DNA of 64,000 nucleotides from Candidatus Scotarchaeum otlingeri (GCA_002011075.2 MTMA02000006.1:411529-475528); one strand, 5' to 3'. Positions 38,629 through 48,445 are shown, counted from the stretch's first letter. Translations and numbers: made by a program. Notes: generated by a model not told the origin, from the sequence alone.

Positions 38629-40674
38629 TTGAGATATGAAGGATGGTTATTGAAGCTGGAACGCTTAGACGAAGGATTTAACCTAATATTTATAGGGAAA
38701 TATGGCGGTCTAAAGATGCTGCCGGTAACATATTTTCCCCGTATCTATCTATCGCCGGCGAATGGCTTTTCCATCGAAGAATTGAGGAGGCTTATGGAGC
38801 GTCAGGAGATATTTAAAGATGTCTATCTTGAGCAGTGGCTCTTACCTCCCTGGTATGAAAAAGAGGTCTCTGTAGTTGTGGCTTCCCTATGGTCTATAAG
38901 AGAATATGAAGACACTATTAATAGGATATTATCGCTTGGTGTAGCGAGGATATGGAATACGATGCCTAGGCTAGAACAACGCTTTTTATCGGAGTATGGG
39001 CTTCCACCGTCGAGATATGTGGAGATAGATGGCGAGGGCTCCGTATCGATTCAGGATGATGAATCCGGGTGTATCGAGCCCCCCTTTAAGAGAATGTTTA
39101 TAAGGCTTGTTAACTGGTATGGAGATAACTTTAGACCCAACATCTCTCTACCTGAAAATGTAGTTGTGGAGGTCAGGTATGGATTTAGAGATTTTGGGGA
39201 ATATTATAAAATAGACTCCCTCGACTTATCGGATCTAAGTAATATAATAACATATTTTGATCCAGATATAGTGGAATGCTATTCGCAGAGGGTTCTAAGG
39301 TGGGTTTCGCGGGACAAGGAGGTAGAGTCAGCTTTAAAGAAGAGGCCGAGGGTATATTTGGATTATAGTAGGTCGGTTATGGGTCCTGATGAATACCCCG
39401 GGATAGTCGAGTTATCTAGGATATCATATGCCCCCCTGGATATTGTGTCACGGATGACTATAGGCGGTATATTAACTGGTATAGAGGCGATGGAAGCTAT
39501 TAAAAGACGCTACTTAGTTCCACATATTAATACCGCCCTAGAGAACTGGAAGACTCCTCATAAACTGTTAATGGCCGATAGAGGCGGGTTATATATGAAT
39601 CCCATGCCAGGGATTTTTTGGGGCGTAGCGCAATGCGACTTCTCTAGTTTATATCCGTCGATTATGGTTAAATATAATATTAGTCCAGAAACTGTTAACA
39701 ACCCATATGAGAAAGAGGGATATCTTGTAGCGGAATCGGGTCATTTAATCTCGTTTAAACGAAGAGGGATAATACCCATATCTCTATCTAAACTGGTGGA
39801 GTATCGTCTTCGGCTTAAAAAGAAGTATAGGGAAACTGGGGATAAGATATATAAACTGAGGTATACGGGTCTAAAGTGGATACTTGTCGCTAGCTTCGGA
39901 TATCTCGGTTACCGGAATTCTCGTCTAGGGAAGATAGAGGCATATGAGTGTGTAACGTCACTTGCACGTGCAATTATGAATAAAACTGTCGATATAGCTA
40001 GAAATATGAAGCTCAAAATACGCCATGTCCTTGTGGATTCGATATGGGTGGATGAAGGATCTGAAGATGATTACCAGGAGTTTATAAAGGAGGTGTCTGG
40101 TGAGATAGGTATACCGATTGAGATAGACTGTATATACATATGGATAGTCTTTTTACCCAATTCTTCTAAAGAACCCCTAGGCGTATCCAACAGATACTTT
40201 GGAGTTACACTCGATGGTTCATTAAAGATTAAAGGGATAGAAGCGATACGTAGAGATACCCCTCCATTTATCGCTGAAACTCAGTATAAAGCGTTAAAAC
40301 TATTATCACTGGGTAATACGCCTGAAGCCTTATATAAACAGTGTCTAGAGGCCTTAAAGCTGTATAGGGAGGCCGCCGATAAACTAATAGATGGAGATGT
40401 GGAGCCCGGAAAGCTGGTCATAACTAGAAGGGTTGGCCGGAATTGGTGGGAATATCGTGGTAAGGGACCCGCTATATATGCAGCTAAGAAGATCAAAGCA
40501 AAGGAGGGTGATGTAATTAAGTATATCGTCTATAATGGTGAGGGTTATCCGGTTGAAAAAAACTTTCGGGGATATGATGTAAAATATTATTTAGATGCGT
40601 TAGCGAGGTCTAGAGCACCCATAGACTTTATTATTTCAAGGCTGGAAAAAGAGCAGTCAATTATATCAGATTAA
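38629..40674 (+). CDS. Family-B DNA polymerase, PolB2/Dpo2-like (exonuclease motifs degenerate)
   Basis: Motif A 'CDFSSLYPSIM', motif B-like 'KWILVASFGYLGY', motif C region 'HVLVDSIWV' (DTD replaced by LVD), and the 'KIKGIEAIRRD' KxY-region. At the Exo I position 'FIRL' replaces FDIE. At the Exo II region 'DPDIVECYSQRVLRW' lacks the N...FD acidic residue. 681 aa, TTG start as listed. Confidence 0.8.
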   Translation: MRYEGWLLKLERLDEGFNLIFIGKYGGLKMLPVTYFPRIYLSPANGFSIEELRRLMERQEIFKDVYLEQWLLPPWYEKEVSVVVASLWSIREYEDTINRILSLGVARIWNTMPRLEQRFLSEYGLPPSRYVEIDGEGSVSIQDDESGCIEPPFKRMFIRLVNWYGDNFRPNISLPENVVVEVRYGFRDFGEYYKIDSLDLSDLSNIITYFDPDIVECYSQRVLRWVSRDKEVESALKKRPRVYLDYSRSVMGPDEYPGIVELSRISYAPLDIVSRMTIGGILTGIEAMEAIKRRYLVPHINTALENWKTPHKLLMADRGGLYMNPMPGIFWGVAQCDFSSLYPSIMVKYNISPETVNNPYEKEGYLVAESGHLISFKRRGIIPISLSKLVEYRLRLKKKYRETGDKIYKLRYTGLKWILVASFGYLGYRNSRLGKIEAYECVTSLARAIMNKTVDIARNMKLKIRHVLVDSIWVDEGSEDDYQEFIKEVSGEIGIPIEIDCIYIWIVFLPNSSKEPLGVSNRYFGVTLDGSLKIKGIEAIRRDTPPFIAETQYKALKLLSLGNTPEALYKQCLEALKLYREAADKLIDGDVEPGKLVITRRVGRNWWEYRGKGPAIYAAKKIKAKEGDVIKYIVYNGEGYPVEKNFRGYDVKYYLDALARSRAPIDFIISRLEKEQSIISD

Positions 40675-40677
40675 TAG

Positions 40678-41283
40678 TTATCTGCGATTTATTTCTATCA
40701 CATCGAATTTATATTTGTATCCGAAGTCGAATGCTTCCAGATTGATTTCTAAATATCTATCTGGCAGAGATTGTCTCATGGATTCGATATAATATCGTTT
40801 ATCTATGCCAAGTATATTTAGTTGCGCTATGGCTCCAAATAATATAGTATTTGCCAATATAGCATTTCCAAGTTTGATAGCTGATTCATGAGCAGGAATA
40901 ATATATACCCTTGAGGCGGTCTTAGCTATTTCCCTTATCAACTCTTCTTTCTTGGGTATAGGTTTATCTGGTGCAGGGGGAGGTATAACTCTGCTATCCA
41001 TCAATATATAGCCCTCTCTATCTAGATAATTTATATGCCTATATGTTTCGATAGCCTCTAAACCAATTATCCAATCAGCTCCCTGTTTGGGTATTAGAGG
41101 AGAATAAATTTTTTCACCGACTTTAAGATGAACTATCACGCTCCCCCCTCTCTGTGCCATTCCATGAACTTCGCTAACAGTAACATCTAAATCCGCTAAT
41201 ATCGCTGTATTACCCATCATCCTGGACAGTGTTAGTATTCCCTGGCCACCAACTCCCGTCAGAATAGTGTTAATAGTTTTCAT
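40678..41283 (-). CDS. iorB: Indolepyruvate:ferredoxin oxidoreductase subunit beta
   Basis: 201 aa starting 'INTILTGVGGQGILT' (gamma-domain GxGGQG motif), immediately downstream of iorA with abutting stop/start. Confidence 0.8.
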   Translation of the reverse strand: MKTINTILTGVGGQGILTLSRMMGNTAILADLDVTVSEVHGMAQRGGSVIVHLKVGEKIYSPLIPKQGADWIIGLEAIETYRHINYLDREGYILMDSRVIPPPAPDKPIPKKEELIREIAKTASRVYIIPAHESAIKLGNAILANTILFGAIAQLNILGIDKRYYIESMRQSLPDRYLEINLEAFDFGYKYKFDVIEINRR

Positions 41284-43146
41284 CTATATCCCCCTCATCT
41301 GGAATGCCTTAAAGGGACAAATCTGGTCACAGACTCCGCATCCAGTGCACATCGATTCATCAATCCACGCTTTATCTCCCACCATGAATATCGCTGGGCA
41401 CGCGAATTGATCTACACAGATCCGGCATCCGGTACACTTATCATCATCAACATAATAAGTCGGTATAACCTCTCCTTTTCTCCTGACTCGCCTTACGTAT
41501 ACAAGGCTACATTCCCTCCTAGCCACCAATACCCCTGGCTTACCCTCATCCTTTATATAGCTAATTAGATCTTTCAATGCATTTAAGGTCTCTTTCACAT
41601 TATAGGGATCTACAACCTTGACTCTTTTTACACCTACGCCCCTTGCAATGTCTTCGATAGGTATCCGCTCGGCGCCTCTACCCAGAGCTGTATATCCGGT
41701 ACCTGGATTTGGCTGGTCCCCTGTCATCGCGGTTACCTCATTATCCATAACTACTAATAGCAATGGCGAAAAGTTATATACAGCATTAATTAAACCGGGT
41801 ATACCTGCATGATAGAATGTGGAGTCGCCTATTGTAGCTATAACCATATTATCTTGTGTATGGGCCAGTCCATTGGCGATACCGATGCCCGAACCCATAG
41901 AGATAGTGGTATCTACCTCCTCATATGGCGGTTGTACACCCAAGGTATAACAACCTATATCACCTGGATATATGGCATTTACCCTACTCATATTGACCGC
42001 TTTCCGTAAAGCAAAGAATGTCGCTCTATGGGGACATCCTGGACATAGAACAGGCGGCCTTCCAGGGATAGGAATATCACGCTGGTAATCCTCCTTACCC
42101 TTATAAGGTAGACCTAAAAACTCGGATAAGGCTTTGTATACCCTATCTAAATTTAACTCCCCTTTATATCCCACTAGATCCTTACCCCTGATCTCCACAT
42201 CACTACTTCCATAAAAACTATTCTTGATACTCATCTCTACGACAGGCTCTAACTCCTCTACAACTAAGACTCTAGGATGAGCCTCTAGAAACTTATCAAC
42301 TAGTTTCATAGGAAAAGGCACAGAACTAGATATCTTTAGGATATCGAAGCTCTTCTCTATAGATGCCGCCGCCTCCTTAACATATCCATATGCAGATCCT
42401 ACCGCTATAACGCCATCCTCCGCTCCGTTATCCTCAATCCAATTAAAAGGAACATTGTTAACAGCATCCATGATCTTTTCCCATCTACTAAGCTGTATTT
42501 CTCTTCTTATCCTGGCATTTCTGGGTAGAAGTACCCATCGACCTATATTTCTCTCGAACTTTCCCTTAACCTTCCTATCTCTGATCTCTCCATATTCTAC
42601 AACTCCCCTTGTATGACTTAGCCTTGTAGTAGTTCTAAGTATAACTGGGGTCTCATGATCCTCAGAGAATCCAAATAAATATCTAGTTAATTCCTTTGCT
42701 TCATGAGGATTATATGCTTCGAACACAGGGATATAACTTAATATACCTATCCACCTATTATCTTGCTCATTTTGACTACTATGCATAGAGGGATCTTCCG
42801 CCGATACCAATAGGAATCCTCCATTCACCCCCGTATATCCTAAGCTCACTAGACTGTCCATTGCGACATTGACTCCTACATGCTTCATCGCTACAAGAGA
42901 TCTAATACCAGTTATAGAGGCGCCGAAAGCAACTTCCAAAGCAACTTTTTCATTTACACTCCATTCAACATAGAACCCTAAGTCTTTTGCTGCTAAGATA
43001 AGTGTCTCCATAACTTCTGTCGAGGGTGTGCCAGGATATGCCGCTGCTAGACCGATGCCTGCCTCTATTGCCCCTCTGGCAATAGCCTCATTCCCTAGGA
43101 GAAGCATCTTTTTTCCGGGTTGATTTAATGCGATAGGATGCGTCAA
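41284..43146 (-). CDS. iorA: Indolepyruvate:ferredoxin oxidoreductase subunit alpha
   Basis: 620 aa. N-terminal pyrimidine-binding domain ('LLGNEAIARGAIEAG'), TPP-binding 'GDSTFYHAG', and C-terminal 2x[4Fe-4S] 'CTGCRICVDQFACP' / 'CTGCGVCDQICP'. Confidence 0.9.
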   Translation of the reverse strand: MTHPIALNQPGKKMLLLGNEAIARGAIEAGIGLAAAYPGTPSTEVMETLILAAKDLGFYVEWSVNEKVALEVAFGASITGIRSLVAMKHVGVNVAMDSLVSLGYTGVNGGFLLVSAEDPSMHSSQNEQDNRWIGILSYIPVFEAYNPHEAKELTRYLFGFSEDHETPVILRTTTRLSHTRGVVEYGEIRDRKVKGKFERNIGRWVLLPRNARIRREIQLSRWEKIMDAVNNVPFNWIEDNGAEDGVIAVGSAYGYVKEAAASIEKSFDILKISSSVPFPMKLVDKFLEAHPRVLVVEELEPVVEMSIKNSFYGSSDVEIRGKDLVGYKGELNLDRVYKALSEFLGLPYKGKEDYQRDIPIPGRPPVLCPGCPHRATFFALRKAVNMSRVNAIYPGDIGCYTLGVQPPYEEVDTTISMGSGIGIANGLAHTQDNMVIATIGDSTFYHAGIPGLINAVYNFSPLLLVVMDNEVTAMTGDQPNPGTGYTALGRGAERIPIEDIARGVGVKRVKVVDPYNVKETLNALKDLISYIKDEGKPGVLVARRECSLVYVRRVRRKGEVIPTYYVDDDKCTGCRICVDQFACPAIFMVGDKAWIDESMCTGCGVCDQICPFKAFQMRGI

Positions 43147-43236
43147 TTTATCCCCCGAAAATTCTATTAGTTCCTAAGTATCTATATTGCTTTGTATATG
43201 TAATTTATTAATGAGTAGGTTCTGCGAATATTATTA

Positions 43237-44490
43237 TTGAGGGTGGAGGCATTGGTTGAACTTTTAGATGTTCTGGCCGCCCGTACAGACAGGATGCGGA
43301 CCTCAGAGATACGTGACCTTCTTAAGATGATATCGAAAGATGTCATTTCATTTGCTGGTGGCCTCCCGGATCCCAAGACCTTTCCCACATCAGAGGATCT
43401 CAAGGATATATTCGAGTTCATAAACTCCGTAAGAGATAAGGCTTTTCAATACGGAGTTACAGAAGGGTTGCCAGAACTAAAAGAAGAGTTATCCAAATAC
43501 TTATCGAGGATAGCAATCAAAGCAGATCCAGAGGAGATAATTATAACTAGTGGGAGTCAACAAGGAGTAGATATGCTTGGAAGAATCTTTATAAATCAAC
43601 GTGATATTGTAGTAGTTGAAATCCCTACTTACCTAGCTGCCATTCAAGCATTCAATATGTATAAACCAAACTACTTGGGTATTCCTATGGATGAAGATGG
43701 AATGATAATTGAACAATTAGAATATGAGTTACACCATCTTCTTATAAAAGACAAAAAACCCAAGTTTTTATACACTATCCCTACATGTCAAAATCCAACC
43801 GGTATCTCTATGTCATTAGAGAGAAGGAAACGCCTTCTCGAATTAGCCTCTGAATATGATTTCTTTATCGTAGAAGACGATCCATATGGACATATAGTTT
43901 TCGACGCCAATGAGTTGAAGCGTCTGAAAGCGATGGATAAAGAAGGGAGGGTAATTTATGTCTCAACATTTAGTAAAGTCTTCTCCCCAGGTTTGAGAAT
44001 AGGTTTTGTAGTAGCAGATATGGAAGTAACTAAATATCTGGTATTATCTAAACAGGCACTTGATTTATGCTCACCAAATTTAACCCAATTCATAACGTAT
44101 TATGCATTAAAAAATGGGTTAATCGATAGGAATATACCCAAGATAAGAAAGATATATAAAAGTAAGAGGGATGCTATGCTGAATGCAATGGAAGAATACA
44201 TGCCTAATGGGGTCAAATGGACTAAACCTGTAGGCGGGATGTTCATCTTTACATGGCTACCTGAATATATAAATACAAAGATGCTTCTATACAAGGTTCT
44301 AAATGAATATAAAGTTGCGTATGTCCCTGGACGTTCCTTCCATGTAGATGGAAGTGGATGGAACACTATGAGACTAAGCTATTCATATCCACCTGAGGAC
44401 ATGATAATCGAGGGGATAAGAAGACTTTCTGAAGCTGTAACATGGGCTATAAAGAAGTTCCAGAAATATAACATAAAACAGATAGACTAA
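43237..44490 (+). CDS. Class-I/II PLP-dependent aminotransferase (aromatic / 2-aminoadipate aminotransferase-like)
   Basis: 'ISFAGGLPDPKTFP', 'PTCQNPTG', and the PLP-lysine region 'STFSKVFSPGLRIG'. Divergent from iorAB. TTG start as listed. Confidence 0.85.
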   Translation: MRVEALVELLDVLAARTDRMRTSEIRDLLKMISKDVISFAGGLPDPKTFPTSEDLKDIFEFINSVRDKAFQYGVTEGLPELKEELSKYLSRIAIKADPEEIIITSGSQQGVDMLGRIFINQRDIVVVEIPTYLAAIQAFNMYKPNYLGIPMDEDGMIIEQLEYELHHLLIKDKKPKFLYTIPTCQNPTGISMSLERRKRLLELASEYDFFIVEDDPYGHIVFDANELKRLKAMDKEGRVIYVSTFSKVFSPGLRIGFVVADMEVTKYLVLSKQALDLCSPNLTQFITYYALKNGLIDRNIPKIRKIYKSKRDAMLNAMEEYMPNGVKWTKPVGGMFIFTWLPEYINTKMLLYKVLNEYKVAYVPGRSFHVDGSGWNTMRLSYSYPPEDMIIEGIRRLSEAVTWAIKKFQKYNIKQID

Positions 44491-44522
44491 TCCACCCTCT
44501 CCACTTCTAAGGCAATATAGAG

Positions 44523-45134
44523 ATGAAAGCCATAAGGTTAGGATATAGTCTACAACCCGGCGTAGAGCATACCACATATAGTGAAATTGATATAACTATC
44601 TATCCAATCCATAATCCTTGGAAGAATATCTACATACTGAAACTCAATGAATCGGATAAAAAGCGTATAGTAACTATCTCCGATGAAGTGGATAAATATC
44701 ATATTACGATAAGGAGCGAAGATAATTACCCTATATACTACATTCTTGTAAGTACTAACCCCCTTAGACTTCAAGTTGATGAACTAGACTCTGTAGAACT
44801 ACCGAATATGAAGACAGAGGGAGAAGAGGATATCTACATCTACAAGTTAGGCGATAGCTTATATGGCCAAGGAAGCTGGATTTCAGACGGATTTCATAAC
44901 CATATGATAGAGATGTGGTGGATAGATGTCTCATTGCCAACTATCTCTATATTAAGAGGATGGTGCAAGGATGATCCTCTTGGGAAGATGACTATTCATG
45001 GTAAGGAGATAGACCTAGAAAACTACGAATTTTATGGAGTATATTTTACAGAGGCTATACTAGTAATCTCCAGATTGAAGCGGTATAAGATACATTATGG
45101 AGATATAGATCTTACTTCTAATAAACTGATATAA
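44523..45134 (+). CDS. Hypothetical protein
   Basis: 203-aa soluble ORF 32 nt after the aminotransferase gene. No recognisable motif. Confidence 0.5.
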   Translation: MKAIRLGYSLQPGVEHTTYSEIDITIYPIHNPWKNIYILKLNESDKKRIVTISDEVDKYHITIRSEDNYPIYYILVSTNPLRLQVDELDSVELPNMKTEGEEDIYIYKLGDSLYGQGSWISDGFHNHMIEMWWIDVSLPTISILRGWCKDDPLGKMTIHGKEIDLENYEFYGVYFTEAILVISRLKRYKIHYGDIDLTSNKLI

Positions 45135-45269
45135 TGGTTATAAAGCTATATTTCTGAGAATAAATTTGGGGTTTCTTAATTCATCTTTTTACTTATGTCT
45201 TAATAATGAGGTGATAGAAGATTTTTATGTCAACCTTTATTTTAATATTATAAACATGAGGTCGTTAAG

Positions 45270-46049
45270 ATGGACATCGCATCATTGATATTAATACCGA
45301 TCGGTTTACTGATAAGCATAGTGAGCGCGGCCATAGGGATAGGAGGCGGCTCCCTCCTCGTTCCACTATTTCATCTAGCTTATTCTCTTGAGATGAGGTT
45401 TGCGGTGGGAAGTGCATCCCTCGGTGTATTGGCCCTAGGAATGTTTGGAAGCCTAAAATATTATAGAAGTGGTTATATCAGTAAGAAACTGGGGCTATTA
45501 GTGGCTTCAACGGTGATTCCCGCGTCAATGCTTGGCGCATATCTCACTGTGATTATAAATAGTGAAGTATTGGCATTCATATTTTCAATAGTATTATTCT
45601 ATGCAGCGATAAGAATGTTTATCCTAAGGATTCCGGAAGAAGGAGCTACAGATACCTCTATACACAATGTGCATTGGAAATATATCCCTATTTATCTAGT
45701 GATAGGGGTATTATCGGGCATGCTAGGCATAGGGGGAGGAGCGATGCTTATACCTGTATTTATCCTTATTCAGAGGATTCATACAAGGATAGCTATAGCC
45801 ACCTCTACGCTGATAATACTATTCAGGACGCTATTCACCGTACCTGTATATTATATGGTGAATAACATTATATTTGAATATGCCATCCCTATAATGATAG
45901 GGATGGGGATAGGTGCCTATATGGGGGCATTCATCTCCGTAAGGACCAGAACCCCTATACTACGTAAAATATTCGGGTTATTCTTGGGTTTTATCTCACT
46001 GAGGATGGCTTATCCTCTTATCATTAATATTTTATCATTTATAATTTAA
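45270..46049 (+). CDS. TauE/SafE (TSUP) family anion exporter
   Basis: 259 aa, about 8 TM helices, with the duplicated 'GIGGGSLLVP' / 'GIGGGAMLIP' motifs characteristic of TSUP transporters. Confidence 0.75.
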   Translation: MDIASLILIPIGLLISIVSAAIGIGGGSLLVPLFHLAYSLEMRFAVGSASLGVLALGMFGSLKYYRSGYISKKLGLLVASTVIPASMLGAYLTVIINSEVLAFIFSIVLFYAAIRMFILRIPEEGATDTSIHNVHWKYIPIYLVIGVLSGMLGIGGGAMLIPVFILIQRIHTRIAIATSTLIILFRTLFTVPVYYMVNNIIFEYAIPIMIGMGIGAYMGAFISVRTRTPILRKIFGLFLGFISLRMAYPLIINILSFII

Positions 46050-46125
46050 CATACGTTTAATACGGTTAGTCGTTGGATAAGATTTATAAATATAATACGT
46101 ATTTCGAGTTTATAGGTGTCATATT

Positions 46126-48000
46126 TTGACATTGCTAGAGGAAAAAGAGACATTAGACTACAATATTATCAAGCAAAAATATATAGTCAATAACCGTGTA
46201 AATTATGAAAAATTGAGGGAGGTCAGTGACCCAGAAACTTTTGATAAGGTCGGCCGTATCATCCGGGATATATACCTACCTGAGAGTAACACCGATTTCA
46301 AACTGAAGCTCCAGACTACACCTAGGATTAGGGAAGACGAGGAACTCATAACAAATAGTCTTAGTCTATGTCCCGAATGTAATGCATTGCTGAACACAGT
46401 GTTATTTAGAAAGGACGGCGGTGTATGGCTTAGGAAGCTTTGCCCTGATCATGGGGAGACAGAAGAGCTTTACTGGGGAGACTACGATTTCTACATGAAA
46501 AGCAGAGAACAATCGAGAGACGGTCGGGGAATAGAAAATCCCCATACTGAAATAATTAATCCCTGTCCCTATAACTGTGGATTATGTCCCCGTCACAAAT
46601 CACATACGGCTCTACTTAACCTTGTTATTACAAATAGATGCGACCTTGCCTGCTGGTATTGTTTCTTCTATGCGGAAGCCTCTGGATATGTATATGAACC
46701 CAGCCTTAACCATATACGATATATGCTCACTGTCGCTAGAAGCACTAAGCCTATCCCCGCCCTTGCAGTTCAGATAACCGGTGGAGAGCCGACCCTGAGG
46801 CAAGATCTAGTTGAGATAGCTAAAATGTGTAAAGAACTAGGGTTTAAGCATGTCCAAATCAATACTAATGGTATAACCGTTGCGTTTAACCCAGACTTAA
46901 CCGTGAAATTAAGGCAACTAGGTGTCAATACATACTATATGAGTTTCGATGGCGTCACGCCCATGACTAACCCAAAAAATCATTGGGAGATCCCCTATGC
47001 GTTAGAAAATGCTAGAAAGGTCGGTCTCGGCGTTGTATTGGTACCCACAGTAATCAAAAATGTGAATGACCATGAAGTAGGTGCTATGGTAAAGTTTGGT
47101 TTGAAGCATAACGAGATTATTAGAGGAGTAAACTTCCAGCCGGTTTCATTAGTTGGTAGAATGACAAAACAGGAGAGATTGAAGTATAGGATAACCATTC
47201 CAGATGTGATCAAGAGAATAGAGGAACAGACCGATGGCATGATAAAAATGGAGGACTGGTATACTGTTCCATTTACAATACCATTATCTCGGTTTATCGA
47301 GGCAGTTACCGGGGTAAGGCAATTTGAGATGAGTAATCACTTCGCCTGTGGAGCAGCAACATATGTATTTCAGGATAGAGATACAGGAAAAATAGTCGCC
47401 ATACCCCAATTTATTGATGTAGAAGGACTATTCGAGTACCTAACAGAGAAGATTGAGGAGCTCGAGAATGGTAAGAGTAGAAAGATGGTGTTGATCAAGA
47501 CACTCCTTAATATTAACAAATTTATCGATTGGAAGAAAGTGCCTCCTAGACTGGCAAAGAGGAAACGTCTCTTCTGGATATTATATAAAATATTGATTAA
47601 GCATGACTATAAATCCCTAGGGGAGTTCCATCTAAATAGTCTATTCTTAGGGATGATGCATTTCATGGATAAATATAACTATGATATCGCAAGGATCCAG
47701 CGATGCGATATACATTATAGTACCCCAGATGGACGGATTGTACCCTTCTGCACATTCAATGTAATGCCAGAGTTATATAGAGACCGATTGCAGAAAGCAT
47801 ATTCAATACCTATAAGAGATTACCTTAATATGCAGAATATCAAAAGCATGAAGGAGGAGAGGTATGTCAGAGACATTAAAAAATTAGAGTCTGGAGAGAT
47901 ATATAAGAAATATTATGAAGGATTCTTTGACCCCTCAAGCTTGACCTATGAGGAGAAGAAGAGAATATCCATAAGATTTGGGATTCCAGTAAAAGACTAA
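46126..48000 (+). CDS. Radical SAM enzyme, tetraether lipid synthase (Tes / GDGT-MAS, MJ0619-type)-like
   Basis: N-terminal zinc-ribbon 'LCPECNALL...KLCPDHGE', second Cys motif 'CPYNCGLCPRH', radical SAM 'CDLACWYC' (CX3CX2C) and C-terminal cysteines. This layout matches my recollection of the MJ0619/Tes family. The radical-SAM call is high confidence, the Tes assignment moderate. Confidence 0.6.
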   Translation: MTLLEEKETLDYNIIKQKYIVNNRVNYEKLREVSDPETFDKVGRIIRDIYLPESNTDFKLKLQTTPRIREDEELITNSLSLCPECNALLNTVLFRKDGGVWLRKLCPDHGETEELYWGDYDFYMKSREQSRDGRGIENPHTEIINPCPYNCGLCPRHKSHTALLNLVITNRCDLACWYCFFYAEASGYVYEPSLNHIRYMLTVARSTKPIPALAVQITGGEPTLRQDLVEIAKMCKELGFKHVQINTNGITVAFNPDLTVKLRQLGVNTYYMSFDGVTPMTNPKNHWEIPYALENARKVGLGVVLVPTVIKNVNDHEVGAMVKFGLKHNEIIRGVNFQPVSLVGRMTKQERLKYRITIPDVIKRIEEQTDGMIKMEDWYTVPFTIPLSRFIEAVTGVRQFEMSNHFACGAATYVFQDRDTGKIVAIPQFIDVEGLFEYLTEKIEELENGKSRKMVLIKTLLNINKFIDWKKVPPRLAKRKRLFWILYKILIKHDYKSLGEFHLNSLFLGMMHFMDKYNYDIARIQRCDIHYSTPDGRIVPFCTFNVMPELYRDRLQKAYSIPIRDYLNMQNIKSMKEERYVRDIKKLESGEIYKKYYEGFFDPSSLTYEEKKRISIRFGIPVKD

Positions 48001-48010
48001 CGGAAGGGAT

Positions 48011-48445
48011 ATGAGGGTCAAAACTTATCTCATCGAAAACTATCATAACATCATACAGGGATATAGATTCAAAACAGAACATAGGCTATATTGTCTAGAT
48101 TCAGGAAATTACATAGAGATCCCAGGTGAACTTAGGGAGATAGGTATCGAGGATATGACTGATTTCGAGGCTCGGTTGGGAAGGTCAACTCTGATAACTT
48201 ATAATGATATAATACTTGCACAGATATCTGAGGTCTACAGAGTAACATATGATATAGAGCGGTGTAAGAACCTCGCTATTATACATAAGATAGAGGAAGA
48301 GAGTGAGAAAAGAACGTATTTCTATATAGAGCTATTTAGAGATGGAGACTTGGCTCTAAAATGGAACTCGGAAGCATCAAGTTATGACGAAGCTATCAAC
48401 GAAGTATTGACAAACTATTTATCGGCTGTTTCCTCACATAAATGA
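48011..48445 (+). CDS. Hypothetical protein
   Basis: 144-aa acidic ORF 10 nt after the radical SAM gene. Its 3' end overlaps the convergent regulator gene by 31 nt. No motif recognised. Confidence 0.45.
   Translation: MRVKTYLIENYHNIIQGYRFKTEHRLYCLDSGNYIEIPGELREIGIEDMTDFEARLGRSTLITYNDIILAQISEVYRVTYDIERCKNLAIIHKIEEESEKRTYFYIELFRDGDLALKWNSEASSYDEAINEVLTNYLSAVSSHK

Noticed and set aside
45674-45865. 63-aa same-strand ORF in an alternative frame inside the TauE/SafE transporter gene
   Set aside because: It is nested in a well-supported membrane protein gene, with no start context or motif.
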